A stretch of 32,000 bases of DNA, taken from Ferroglobus placidus DSM 10642. GTDB taxonomy: Archaea > Halobacteriota > Archaeoglobi > Archaeoglobales > Archaeoglobaceae. Below are positions 17,110 through 24,719 of the stretch, one piece after another. The stretch spans positions 1,890,001 through 1,922,000 of the forward strand of contig NC_013849.1 in the NCBI RefSeq assembly GCF_000025505.1. The letters are read 5' to 3'. How positions within the stretch are numbered: the stretch's first letter is position 1; every line of letters begins with the position of its first letter. A program made the position numbers and the translations under genes. Under the pieces are notes generated by a model. The model worked only from the letters and a program-made list of their open reading frames with translations, made no database searches and had not been told where the DNA came from.

Positions 17110-17502
17110 ATGGAAAGCGTCGTCTATCACGGTCCTATAATGCTCGATGAGCCGGAGGAATTTCCTCTTGAGGAGTTCGTTAGGCAGGCAATAGCTCTCG
17201 AAGCTGAAAGAGTCTTCTACAGTGAAGGAATGTTATTTCTCGTCGACTACGATACTATTCACGGAATTGTCGAGGATAGAATCGTCATAGTCGAAATGAT
17301 CACTTACTCATCCTTCGCGAGAGTGGATGAATATAAGAGGTGGATTCTCTACCACGGAAACGACGATGTCGTCGAGTACACGGATAAAATAGTTAACCTA
17401 AGGGGAGACACCACGATTTTGCCAGTGATAAGGACTGGAGACAGATTCGTTAGGAAAATTTTGGAGTACATTAAAAGAGGAAACTACAGAAAATTCATAT
17501 GA
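17110..17502 (+). CDS. Hypothetical protein, unknown family
   Basis: Well-formed 130-aa ORF divergent from the HPS fusion gene; no motif recognised. Confidence 0.55.
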   Translation: MESVVYHGPIMLDEPEEFPLEEFVRQAIALEAERVFYSEGMLFLVDYDTIHGIVEDRIVIVEMITYSSFARVDEYKRWILYHGNDDVVEYTDKIVNLRGDTTILPVIRTGDRFVRKILEYIKRGNYRKFI

Positions 17503-17935
17503 TGTCCGGAGTTACGTACCACAAAATTTTGTAAGTCTCTTCTTCCCTTTCGAGGCACAGAACTCCTGAATATCTAAATTTGACCGCTTCACACCCCACA
17601 AGCTCTTTAAGAAGCTTGCTCAAATGCGGAAGATGCCCGAGGATCATAACATCTCTCGTCTCCTCTCTTATTCTTTCAGCCCAGATTTTCGGATCTGCTG
17701 AAGGCTCCAAGTTATCTTTCTCTTCAACTTTCGCAGCAAGATGTTCTGAAAAGATTTGAGCTGTTTGCTTAGCCCTCGTTTTGGTGCTGTGGAAGATTAC
17801 GTCAACTTTGACACCAGCTTTTTTCAAAAACTCCGCAACCTTTTCGGTTTCAGCTTTTCCTTTCTCCGTTATTCTCCTTTCCGGGTCTTCCTCCTCGCTT
17901 TTCGCTTCAGCGTGCTGAACTAAATAAACCCTCAT
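17495..17935 (-). CDS. sixA: SixA-like phosphohistidine phosphatase
   Basis: MRVYLVQHAEAKSEEEDPERRITEKGKAETEKVAEFL...VIFHSTKTRAKQTAQIFSEHL...VMILGHLPHLSKLLKELVG. Confidence 0.88.
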   Translation of the reverse strand: MRVYLVQHAEAKSEEEDPERRITEKGKAETEKVAEFLKKAGVKVDVIFHSTKTRAKQTAQIFSEHLAAKVEEKDNLEPSADPKIWAERIREETRDVMILGHLPHLSKLLKELVGCEAVKFRYSGVLCLEREEETYKILWYVTPDII

Positions 17936-17996
17936 GCATAATTGTTGAGTAACTCGGCTAATAAATTCTATACTTTCGTTTCGCAGTTAAGCAAAC

Positions 17997-18879
17997 TCAA
18001 ATATTTCCAAAAACATTTTTTATCTCTTCCCACAAAGCGTATTTTCTCGGATAATTGTGCTTCAATTCATCCATTAGCTCTTTCCACACATTCTCATTTA
18101 AATTTTTAAATTTTTCAAAATGTCCACAGCTATTCTATAGTTCCTCTCTCCCACCTTTTTCAATCAATTCCCTAACAAATTTAACAGCGTATGGCAAGAG
18201 TTCTTGATTTTTTGCTGTTTTTAGAATCTCAACCTTGCCTTCGTAATCCAACTCACAGACCTTCTTCATAATTTCAACGTCGTCATAGAAAGCTAAATCT
18301 TCGCCTATCAAATTTCTGGATTCGACGATTCTTTTCAATCTTGCCACATCCTCTTTATTCAAGCCTTTTTCTGCAAGCAGATCGACAATCGTTTCTATCA
18401 GAAGTTCGTGAAAATGGTAATCGTGATGCTCGTTGTAAAATTCATCTTCTTCGAGACCTTCAAGCAACTTTATTAAAAATCCTTGTCGATTTCCTTCCCT
18501 CTAAGTCTGAGAAGTCTAACTACCTCCAAAACATCGCTTTCGCTTGGAAATTTTAAAATTTTCATTATAACGCTTTCCACGTCACTTGCGGCAGCTATTG
18601 GATAAGCTTTAGCAAGTTCCGTATTGTTTTTCACGAATTTACCGTTTAGATAGCTCAGTACGAGTGCAATAGCATGTTTGCAGTTGTATCTATCTTGACA
18701 GGAGCAGATAGCGCTGAGATCTCTTAAATCCACTTCAACGTAGTATCTCCTATTCCCCCTAACCTCTCCAAGTAACTTCTTACCTCTTCACAGCATAGAT
18801 TACTTTACCTTTTATAGTAGTATTTTTCACCCCTTTCAACTCTCTTTTTATCGTACAATCTTAGAAGTTCGAAAACCAC
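17997..18879 (-). pseudogene. Decayed SWIM zinc-finger protein gene with several frameshifts
   Basis: Minus-strand pieces join only across frame changes: VFELLRLYDKKRVERGEKYYYK / GKVIYAVKR / GKKLLGEVRGNRRYYVEVDLRDLSAICSCQDRYNCKHAIAL... / ORF 18467-18135 / YRIAVDILKNLK / NVWKELMDELKHNYPRKYALWEEIKNVFGNI (stop at about 17997). The CxCx(n)CxH core is the SWIM signature. Confidence 0.8.
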
Positions 18880-18956
18880 AGTAAGTAGTTTTTCAACGCT
18901 CTTTTAAACTTTTATCTCCCTACATACTTTCAGTGGGATGCGATTGAGGAAGAAGC

Positions 18957-19226
18957 GGACGGTAATTCTAAGAGATGGCGGAGATAGCGTTATATAGAGG
19001 GAGCCGAGGGAATCTACGGATACAAAAAAAGGAGAAACAATCGGAAAGAGTCTGGATTTGATTATTCCTGAAGAAATGAGGGAAAACACTGGGAAGGATA
19101 CAGAGGATTCATTAAAACTGGAAAAGGTGTTTAAAAAAGAGGAAACAAGGTATATGTTGAAATGAGTTTAGGAGTTCTTAAAAGGGAGAACAGAACAATT
19201 GGTGCCATAGCAATTTGTCAAAAGAG
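18957..19226 (+). pseudogene. PAS-domain gene remnant with frameshifts and no intact ORF
   Basis: Fragments in changing frames: TVILRDGGDSVI / AEGIYGYKKGETIGKSLDLIIPEEMRE / HWEGYRGFIKTGKG / NKVYVEMSLGVLKRENRTIGAIAIC. Together they follow one PAS domain. Confidence 0.78.
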
Positions 19227-19676
19227 AATAGGTCCGACATCCTCATACCCCTGCCTCTGTCCAGTTCCAGCCAGTTTTTGGAGCTTTTTAGGATTTAGAA
19301 GCAAGTCTACAGCATTCCTAACGTGCTCCCTAACTCTATTTTCAGCTATTCTGTATAGCTCTTTCTCATCTTCAGCCTCGTCTTCGTGAATCGTCACGTC
19401 TATAACGTGCTTTCCGGTAAGAACTTCCACCAAAATCTTCCCGACGGACATCGCCACGTAGCTAAGCTTGTCGGTATCAGTTTTCCCTACCCAGCCGAGG
19501 GTGATGACTATGTCGCATCCTTTGTCGAAGAGAATTTTAGCAGCCGCCGGCAAATCCTTTATTCCCGGAACCGTGTATCGAATGTATTTGAGGGGAGAAT
19601 ACTTCCTAAGCTCGTCTATAGCTATTTTTCCCATGTCGATTCTCGAAAAAGTCGTGTCGGCAATCCCCACTATCAT
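19218..19676 (-). CDS. ribC: Riboflavin synthase, archaeal (lumazine-synthase-like) type
   Basis: MIVGIADTTFSRIDMGKIAIDEL...IRYTVPGIKDLPAAAKILFDKGCDIVITLGWVGKTDTDK...VIDVTIHEDEAEDEKEL. Confidence 0.87.
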   Translation of the reverse strand: MIVGIADTTFSRIDMGKIAIDELRKYSPLKYIRYTVPGIKDLPAAAKILFDKGCDIVITLGWVGKTDTDKLSYVAMSVGKILVEVLTGKHVIDVTIHEDEAEDEKELYRIAENRVREHVRNAVDLLLNPKKLQKLAGTGQRQGYEDVGPILF

Positions 19677-20803
19677 CCGAGCACCTCGTAAACTTTGTTT
19701 AAAGCGGGTTTAATTTCCACTCCCTTCCGAAGCATGACGCTTTCGATGGCTGCGAGGGTGGCTACTATTTCTCTTTTGCTAACGTTTCCCATGTTCCCGA
19801 TTCTGAAAATCTTACCTTTCAAATGTTCCTGCCCTCCGGAAATCGTTATGCCGAACTCATTTCTTAGCGTTCCTCTAAGCTCGGAATCCGTTATCCCTTT
19901 CGGCATTTTTATCGCTGTGACTGTGTTGGAGTAGCTTGAATACTCGTTGAGTCGTGGAAAAAGCTCTAAGCCAGCTTCGATCGCCCACTCCCTCACAGCT
20001 TTAGCAAGTCTTCTGTGCCTCTCGATTCTGTTTTCCAAGCCCTCTTCCTCTATTATTTTCAGAGCTTCTTTTAAAGCCAAGAAGAGAGGAACTGCCGGAG
20101 TGTAAGGTGTTTGGTTTTTCTCGGCTTTTTTAACGTAAGCCTTCAAATCTAAGTAGTAGGGAACTCTTTCGTTGTAAAACTCCCAGGCTTTTTCGTTTAT
20201 AGCGACGGCTGCCAAACCCGGAGGAGCACCGAGGCACTTTTGAGATCCTACTATGCAGACGTCAACTCCCCACTCGTCCATCCTAACTTCGTCTCCTCCT
20301 ACGCTCGTAATTCCGTCCATGACGACGAGAGCGTCGTATTCTTTAGCTATCTTGCATATCTCTCTTGCAGGGTTGAGAATTCCGGTTGAAGTTTCGTTGT
20401 GAACGAACGTAACCATCTCGCTCCCGTTCTCCAGAGACTCTCTAACCTTATCGAGGTCTATCGAATCTCCCCATTCGAATTTAACGTGATCAACTTCAGC
20501 GTACCTCCAAGCTATTTCAGCAAACCTCTCTCCAAATTTACCGTTACTCACGCAAGTTATCTTCCTAACCTTAGAAAAGCTCGCAACAGCAGCCTCCATC
20601 CCCGCTGTACCGCTACCGCTGATTATCACGACGTCACCTTTCGTGCCGAAAAGGGGTTTCAAAGCCTCTCTGCAGTACTCGTAAACTTCTTCGAAATCCT
20701 TGCTTCTGTGCGAGATCATCTGACTGCCGAGAGCTTTGATTATTCTCTCGTGTAGCTGAACAGGACCGGGGATCATCAGAAGGTTTTCGGGTTTCATAAG
20801 CAA
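19673..20803 (-). CDS. Class V aminotransferase (serine-pyruvate/alanine-glyoxylate/aspartate aminotransferase-like)
   Basis: MIPGPVQ-type N-terminus (LLMIPGPVQLHERI), ISGSGTAGMEAAVAS, VDGITSVGGDEVRMDEWGVDVCIVGSQKCLGAPPGLA (PLP lysine). Confidence 0.9.
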   Translation of the reverse strand: MLMKPENLLMIPGPVQLHERIIKALGSQMISHRSKDFEEVYEYCREALKPLFGTKGDVVIISGSGTAGMEAAVASFSKVRKITCVSNGKFGERFAEIAWRYAEVDHVKFEWGDSIDLDKVRESLENGSEMVTFVHNETSTGILNPAREICKIAKEYDALVVMDGITSVGGDEVRMDEWGVDVCIVGSQKCLGAPPGLAAVAINEKAWEFYNERVPYYLDLKAYVKKAEKNQTPYTPAVPLFLALKEALKIIEEEGLENRIERHRRLAKAVREWAIEAGLELFPRLNEYSSYSNTVTAIKMPKGITDSELRGTLRNEFGITISGGQEHLKGKIFRIGNMGNVSKREIVATLAAIESVMLRKGVEIKPALNKVYEVLG

Positions 20804-20833
20804 ATGCCTCGTGAGTTGTTTATAACTATTGCC

Positions 20834-20885
20834 TCAGAAACGGGTGGACTCATCACCACTCAGTTCGCCCTCGTGTCTTCATCGG
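20834..20885 (-). ncRNA. Candidate C/D-box sRNA (archaeal 2'-O-methylation guide)
   Basis: Minus strand reads gCCGATGA-agacacgagggcgaa-CTGA-gtg-GTGATGA-gtccacccgttt-CTGAGGc. It has C (20879-20885), D' (20860-20863), C' (20850-20856, perfect GTGATGA) and D (20834-20837) boxes, a 12-nt and a 15-nt guide, and a flanking GCC/GGC terminal pairing. It lies in an intergenic gap. Confidence 0.75.
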
Positions 20886-20923
20886 CACTAAAAATTAAAA
20901 TTCGAAGCTCTTAAAACTTTTCT

Positions 20924-21640
20924 TTAGTGAACGAAAACTATCCCGAATGTTTTAGCACATGGAAACTCCTCCGGCGGTATTGGGCGTGCTCTTACCGGGT
21001 AAACTTCCCAGCCGAGTTTTAAAGCGAGATGCATAACGTCTATCCCAACAGCCTCCATAGCCGGGCGAGCTTTCAAAACGAACCTGCAACGCTTCCCCCT
21101 AAGCACGTTACACTCCTGCATCATGCACAAAGCATGCTGGCATGAGCCGCCGGCGAAGCCCATCGCGAAATAGTATCCGTCGCTGAAGGCTTGAGCTTCG
21201 AGCAAGCCGACGATTTCCATGTTTTTTCTGTAGTGCCTCGCTATGTCTATATCCTCTTTGGGATCGACAAACTCCTCCTTCGGCTCAACGTTCCTTTTAA
21301 TCACTATGGCGTATCTGTACATCGGTATGATTTTCTTCATCTCCTCAACCGTCGGCGAGTGGGGAGGACAGTTTGCGCAGTTGTTGTAGTGGTGGCACAT
21401 CGAAATTCTGCACTTCAACCTCAACCTTTCATCAACTCTAACCATGGTAGCCGGAATTATCTTCGCATCCTCGCACCCGAGCTTTAAAGCAAAATCAACA
21501 TATCTGTTCAAATCCTCTAAAAGTTCCTCTTCGCTAACATCTACTTTAGGTAACTTTGGTTTCTGAAACATCCCTATAGATCTGAGAAATTCCGGGGAAA
21601 ACCTCGGGAAGAAGTCTTTTTTATTTTTGCTCTGCTGCAT
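20924..21640 (-). CDS. DUF2284 predicted metal-binding protein
   Basis: 238 aa; LRLKCRISMCHHYNNCANCPPHSPTVEEM and GGSCQHALCMMQECNVLRGKRCR Cys clusters. Confidence 0.8.
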   Translation of the reverse strand: MQQSKNKKDFFPRFSPEFLRSIGMFQKPKLPKVDVSEEELLEDLNRYVDFALKLGCEDAKIIPATMVRVDERLRLKCRISMCHHYNNCANCPPHSPTVEEMKKIIPMYRYAIVIKRNVEPKEEFVDPKEDIDIARHYRKNMEIVGLLEAQAFSDGYYFAMGFAGGSCQHALCMMQECNVLRGKRCRFVLKARPAMEAVGIDVMHLALKLGWEVYPVRARPIPPEEFPCAKTFGIVFVH

Positions 21641-21767
21641 ACCTCAATTTTGCTAAAATAATTGTTAAGGTTTTTGGTGCTTCGTAAATTGTTGGACACT
21701 CCCCGAAGGAAGAAGGAGTTTTGAAGCTTGCATTTTTCTCCAGAGAGGTTCTGAAGTACTGTGAAAA

Positions 21768-22009
21768 ATAAACCAGAAGTAGTTGTAGATAGAGATTTCT
21801 GGTATCTCTAGGCTTTGAAAAGGCTTGGTTTGAAGTGTCAACATGAAACGATTGGGAAGATAAATAGCATTGAAAGCCTGTTTTCCCAGCTTAAAGACAG
21901 GACGAAGAGGTTTAACAACAGGTTTCCTTACAGGAGTTCTTTTGAGTCGGTTCAGAGCTGGTTGGAGAGTTTTGCTGCTTTCTATAATTATTGGAGGTGG
22001 TTATCTTGA
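21768..22009 (+). pseudogene. Truncated DDE transposase C-terminus (IS6/IS240-like), with in-frame TAG at 21809-21811
   Basis: NKPEVVVDRDFWYL*ALKRLGLKCQHETIGKINSIESLFSQLKDRTKRFNNRFPYRSSFESVQSWLESFAAFYNYWRWLS. The 5' part of the gene is absent. Confidence 0.8.
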
Positions 22010-22064
22010 CAGTTCCCACAAATGCGTTTTTAACATTCGCTTTTCTCGAAAAAAATAAAAAATG

Positions 22065-22298
22065 TTAAATTTCTTCAAAAGTTATGTTTTCCAGATTTGC
22101 AAGCTCTTTTTCGAGTGATGCTATTTCGTTCAAAGTCCCTTCAACATCGCTCACGTTTATTTCCACTTCCGTAACCTTCTCTTCAGTGGGAGTTGGTTTC
22201 GGAGTTGGAGCTGCTTTCTCTTCACTTTTCTCGGCGCATCCGGCAGTTAACACTACGAACGCCGCTAAAATAAGTAGAATTAAAGCTTTCCTCATCAC
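22065..22298 (-). CDS. Small lipoprotein, unknown function
   Basis: MRKALILLILAAFVVLTAGC lipobox-like signal followed by a Pro/Thr/Glu-rich linker. Start overlaps the stop of the upstream gene (ATGA). Confidence 0.65.
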   Translation of the reverse strand: MMRKALILLILAAFVVLTAGCAEKSEEKAAPTPKPTPTEEKVTEVEINVSDVEGTLNEIASLEKELANLENITFEEI

Positions 22299-23266
22299 TC
22301 CTCCCCTCCTCTAACAGTCTTTATGTACTCTCTGAAAGTCTCCTTAAGCTCTTTAATAGCTTCTTTGATCTCCTTCATCGCCTCTCTCAGCGTTTCCTTG
22401 CTCTCCTGCATTTTTTCTATAGCCTCCTTCCTCTCCTCAGCGAATATTGCTTCTTCGAGGTACTGCTTTGCCATCTGCACTTTTTCTTCAGCTCTGTTTA
22501 GAGCTTCCAGATACTCCTCATACGCCTCTTCAAGCTTTGTTGTGTCGTAACCAGACTCGTTCAGCTTTTCAATCTTAGCTCTTATTACCTCAGCCTTCTC
22601 TTTAGCCTTCTCTATAGCGTTCGACATCTTCTCCGCTGCGATAGCCCAGGCGATTAGGTACGTGGAAGTCTTAACTTTTCTCCAATCCTCTCTGAACTCC
22701 TTCATTTTTTCTCTTAATTCTGTCAAGTTCGTCGTTTTATTAATCTCCTCTTTCCAAGCTTCGAGCAGAGCTTTTTCCTCTTCTATCTTCGTGAGGAGAG
22801 CCTCGGTGAGATTTGCGGAAAGGTTAAGCTCCTGCACTCTGATTTCCAACCTCTCCAAATGAGCGATCGCCACGTCAATTCCGTTCGTTACGTGGAGCTT
22901 GGCCATCTCCAAAGCCAATGTTTCGTTGATCATTCCTTTTCTCTTCAATTCCCTCAATTTTTCCCTGTATTCGTGATACTTCTTGTAGGCGTTTTCCTCC
23001 TTCTCTCTAAGCTCCTTCATTCTCTCTTTCCACTCTTTCATCTTCTCTTTTCTCTCTTCCATCATCTCCTTGATTCTCTCTCTCATTTCCTCTCTAACTT
23101 CTTTTCTGTGCTCTTTCATGTACTTCATTTCATCGCTATCGTTCATTCCCATACCCATATGTTCTGGAGAACCCATGTGTCTCTCTTCCTCTTCATATGC
23201 CACCGCTGCTGCTGGCATCAGCAACAGCAACACCAAAGCCAGACTCAACCACCTCATAGCCATCAC
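22295..23266 (-). CDS. Secreted, highly charged coiled-coil protein with a Met/His-rich N-terminal segment
   Basis: Signal peptide MRWLSLALVLLLLMPAAAVAYE, then HMGSPEHMGMGMNDSDEMKYMKEH, then about 270 aa of Glu/Lys-rich helical sequence. Confidence 0.7.
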   Translation of the reverse strand: MMAMRWLSLALVLLLLMPAAAVAYEEEERHMGSPEHMGMGMNDSDEMKYMKEHRKEVREEMRERIKEMMEERKEKMKEWKERMKELREKEENAYKKYHEYREKLRELKRKGMINETLALEMAKLHVTNGIDVAIAHLERLEIRVQELNLSANLTEALLTKIEEEKALLEAWKEEINKTTNLTELREKMKEFREDWRKVKTSTYLIAWAIAAEKMSNAIEKAKEKAEVIRAKIEKLNESGYDTTKLEEAYEEYLEALNRAEEKVQMAKQYLEEAIFAEERKEAIEKMQESKETLREAMKEIKEAIKELKETFREYIKTVRGGEE

Positions 23267-23438
23267 CGATTGAAAGGTCGACTTTGAATTTTATAACGAT
23301 ACTTTTAACTTAATTGCTCTAAATTGTTCCTAACACTTTATTTTACTTTACGAAGCTTTATAAATGTTTTTAACTCTTTACCCTAATTTCTCAACTGAGT
23401 TTGCAAAGAAAAAAGAATTCTTAGAAATTCTTTACAAC

Positions 23439-23660
23439 TTACCTCTTCCTAATTACTATTCTCCATTCCTTATCGCCTATCTTTTCGACGCTCAAAACTT
23501 CGTGTCCTTCGGCTTCAACGCTTCTCGGCACGTCCCTCACAGCCGGCTCGTGGTCGAGAATTACCTCCAACAGCTCCCCCGGTTTGAGCTCTTCGAGCTT
23601 TACCTTCGTCTTTACGAAAGTGAAGGGGCAGACTTCTCCTCTCAAATCGAGCGTGATCAT
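23439..23660 (-). CDS. TusA/SirA-family sulfur carrier (CPFT variant)
   Basis: MITLDLRGEVCPFTFVKTKVKLEELKPGELLEVILDHEPAVRDVPRSVEAEGHEV. Confidence 0.87.
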   Translation of the reverse strand: MITLDLRGEVCPFTFVKTKVKLEELKPGELLEVILDHEPAVRDVPRSVEAEGHEVLSVEKIGDKEWRIVIRKR

Positions 23661-24457
23661 AGCTGACAGCTCTCAACATACTTTTCCGGTATTATGTCCT
23701 TAACCCTCCCGCTGCAAACCGGGCATTCTGGATCCTTTCTCAGCTTCAACTCCGTGAAGTCCATTGTAAGAAGATCGACGTGAAGCATTCTGTTCACGAG
23801 AGTTTCCCCTATTCCGAGGAGGAGCTTTATCGCTTCTACAGCCTGTAGAGTTCCGAGCACTCCCACAGTAGCTCCCACAACTCCAGCCTCTTGGCAACTC
23901 GGAACAGTTCCCGGAGGAGGGGCGTGCTTGAAAACGCACCTGTAGCAAGCGCTCTCTTTTGGGACAACGGTCATTATCTCTCCTTCAAACCTCAGCACTG
24001 CTGCGTGAACGAAAGGAACTTCCTCTATAACGCAGGCGTCGTTTATTAAAAATCGAGCCACGAAGTTGTCCGTGCAGTCGAGAACGACGTCGTACTTCTT
24101 TATAATTTCCCTCGCATTTTCCGGGGTTAGATTGAATGGATAAACGTCAACCTTAACGTCTGGATTCAGCTTTTCGACGAAAATTTTTGCCGACTCAGCT
24201 TTGTTCATTCCGAGATTGCCGGCGTGAATCGTTTGCCTCTGCAAGTTGGAAATGTCAACAACGTCTCCGTCCACAATTCCTATTCTTCCCACTCCCGCTC
24301 CGGCTAAGTATTGAATGGCTGGACTTCCCAATCCTCCCGCTCCCACAACCAAGACGCTCGAGTCGAGTAGCTTTAGCTGTCCCTTTACTCCGATCTCAGG
24401 CATTATTATTTGCCTTGCGTACCTCTTTATCTGCTCGTCCGTAAGCATTTCAACCAC
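23657..24457 (-). CDS. ThiF/MoeB/HesA-family adenylyltransferase (E1-like)
   Basis: RYARQIIMPEIGVKGQLKLLDSSVLVVGAGGLGSPAIQYLAGAGVGRIGIVDGDVVDISNLQRQ; zinc Cys pairs CYRCVF and CPVCSG. Confidence 0.93.
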   Translation of the reverse strand: MVEMLTDEQIKRYARQIIMPEIGVKGQLKLLDSSVLVVGAGGLGSPAIQYLAGAGVGRIGIVDGDVVDISNLQRQTIHAGNLGMNKAESAKIFVEKLNPDVKVDVYPFNLTPENAREIIKKYDVVLDCTDNFVARFLINDACVIEEVPFVHAAVLRFEGEIMTVVPKESACYRCVFKHAPPPGTVPSCQEAGVVGATVGVLGTLQAVEAIKLLLGIGETLVNRMLHVDLLTMDFTELKLRKDPECPVCSGRVKDIIPEKYVESCQL

Positions 24458-24719
24458 CGGAAATTGCCGGGATAAATGTCACTTCATCTCCATCCTTGAG
24501 TTCGGTATCCAGCCCTTTCAAATGCCTTATGTCTTCTCCGTTTACGAATATGTTTATAAAGGGAGTTACCTCTCCATCCTTAATTAACCTTTCCTTCAGC
24601 TGAGGATACCTCTCGAAGAGTTTGTCGAGAAGTTCTTTTACAGTCTTAACGTTTTCAACCTCTACTTTCCTTTCCTTCGTTATCTGAGTAAATACCGACG
24701 GGAACTTTACCTTTATCAA
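24450..24719 (-). CDS. MoaD/ThiS-like ubiquitin-fold sulfur carrier with C-terminal GG
   Basis: 89 aa ending in DGDEVTFIPAISGG; overlaps both ThiF and ThrC genes. Confidence 0.9.
   Translation of the reverse strand: MIKVKFPSVFTQITKERKVEVENVKTVKELLDKLFERYPQLKERLIKDGEVTPFINIFVNGEDIRHLKGLDTELKDGDEVTFIPAISGG

Noticed and set aside
17110-17502. Considered as a possible defence or regulator gene
   Set aside because: It looks like a normal housekeeping-type ORF in a conserved neighbourhood and has no motif, so it is left as hypothetical.
21690-22060. Terminal inverted repeats for the transposase remnant
   Set aside because: I compared GTTGGACACTCCCCG-like sequence on the left with TTGACAGTTCCCACA-like sequence on the right; the match is too weak to call IS ends.
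23364-23666. 100-aa plus-strand ORF before and over the CPFT TusA gene
   Set aside because: The second half is exactly antisense to tusA; the first half is low-complexity intergenic sequence.
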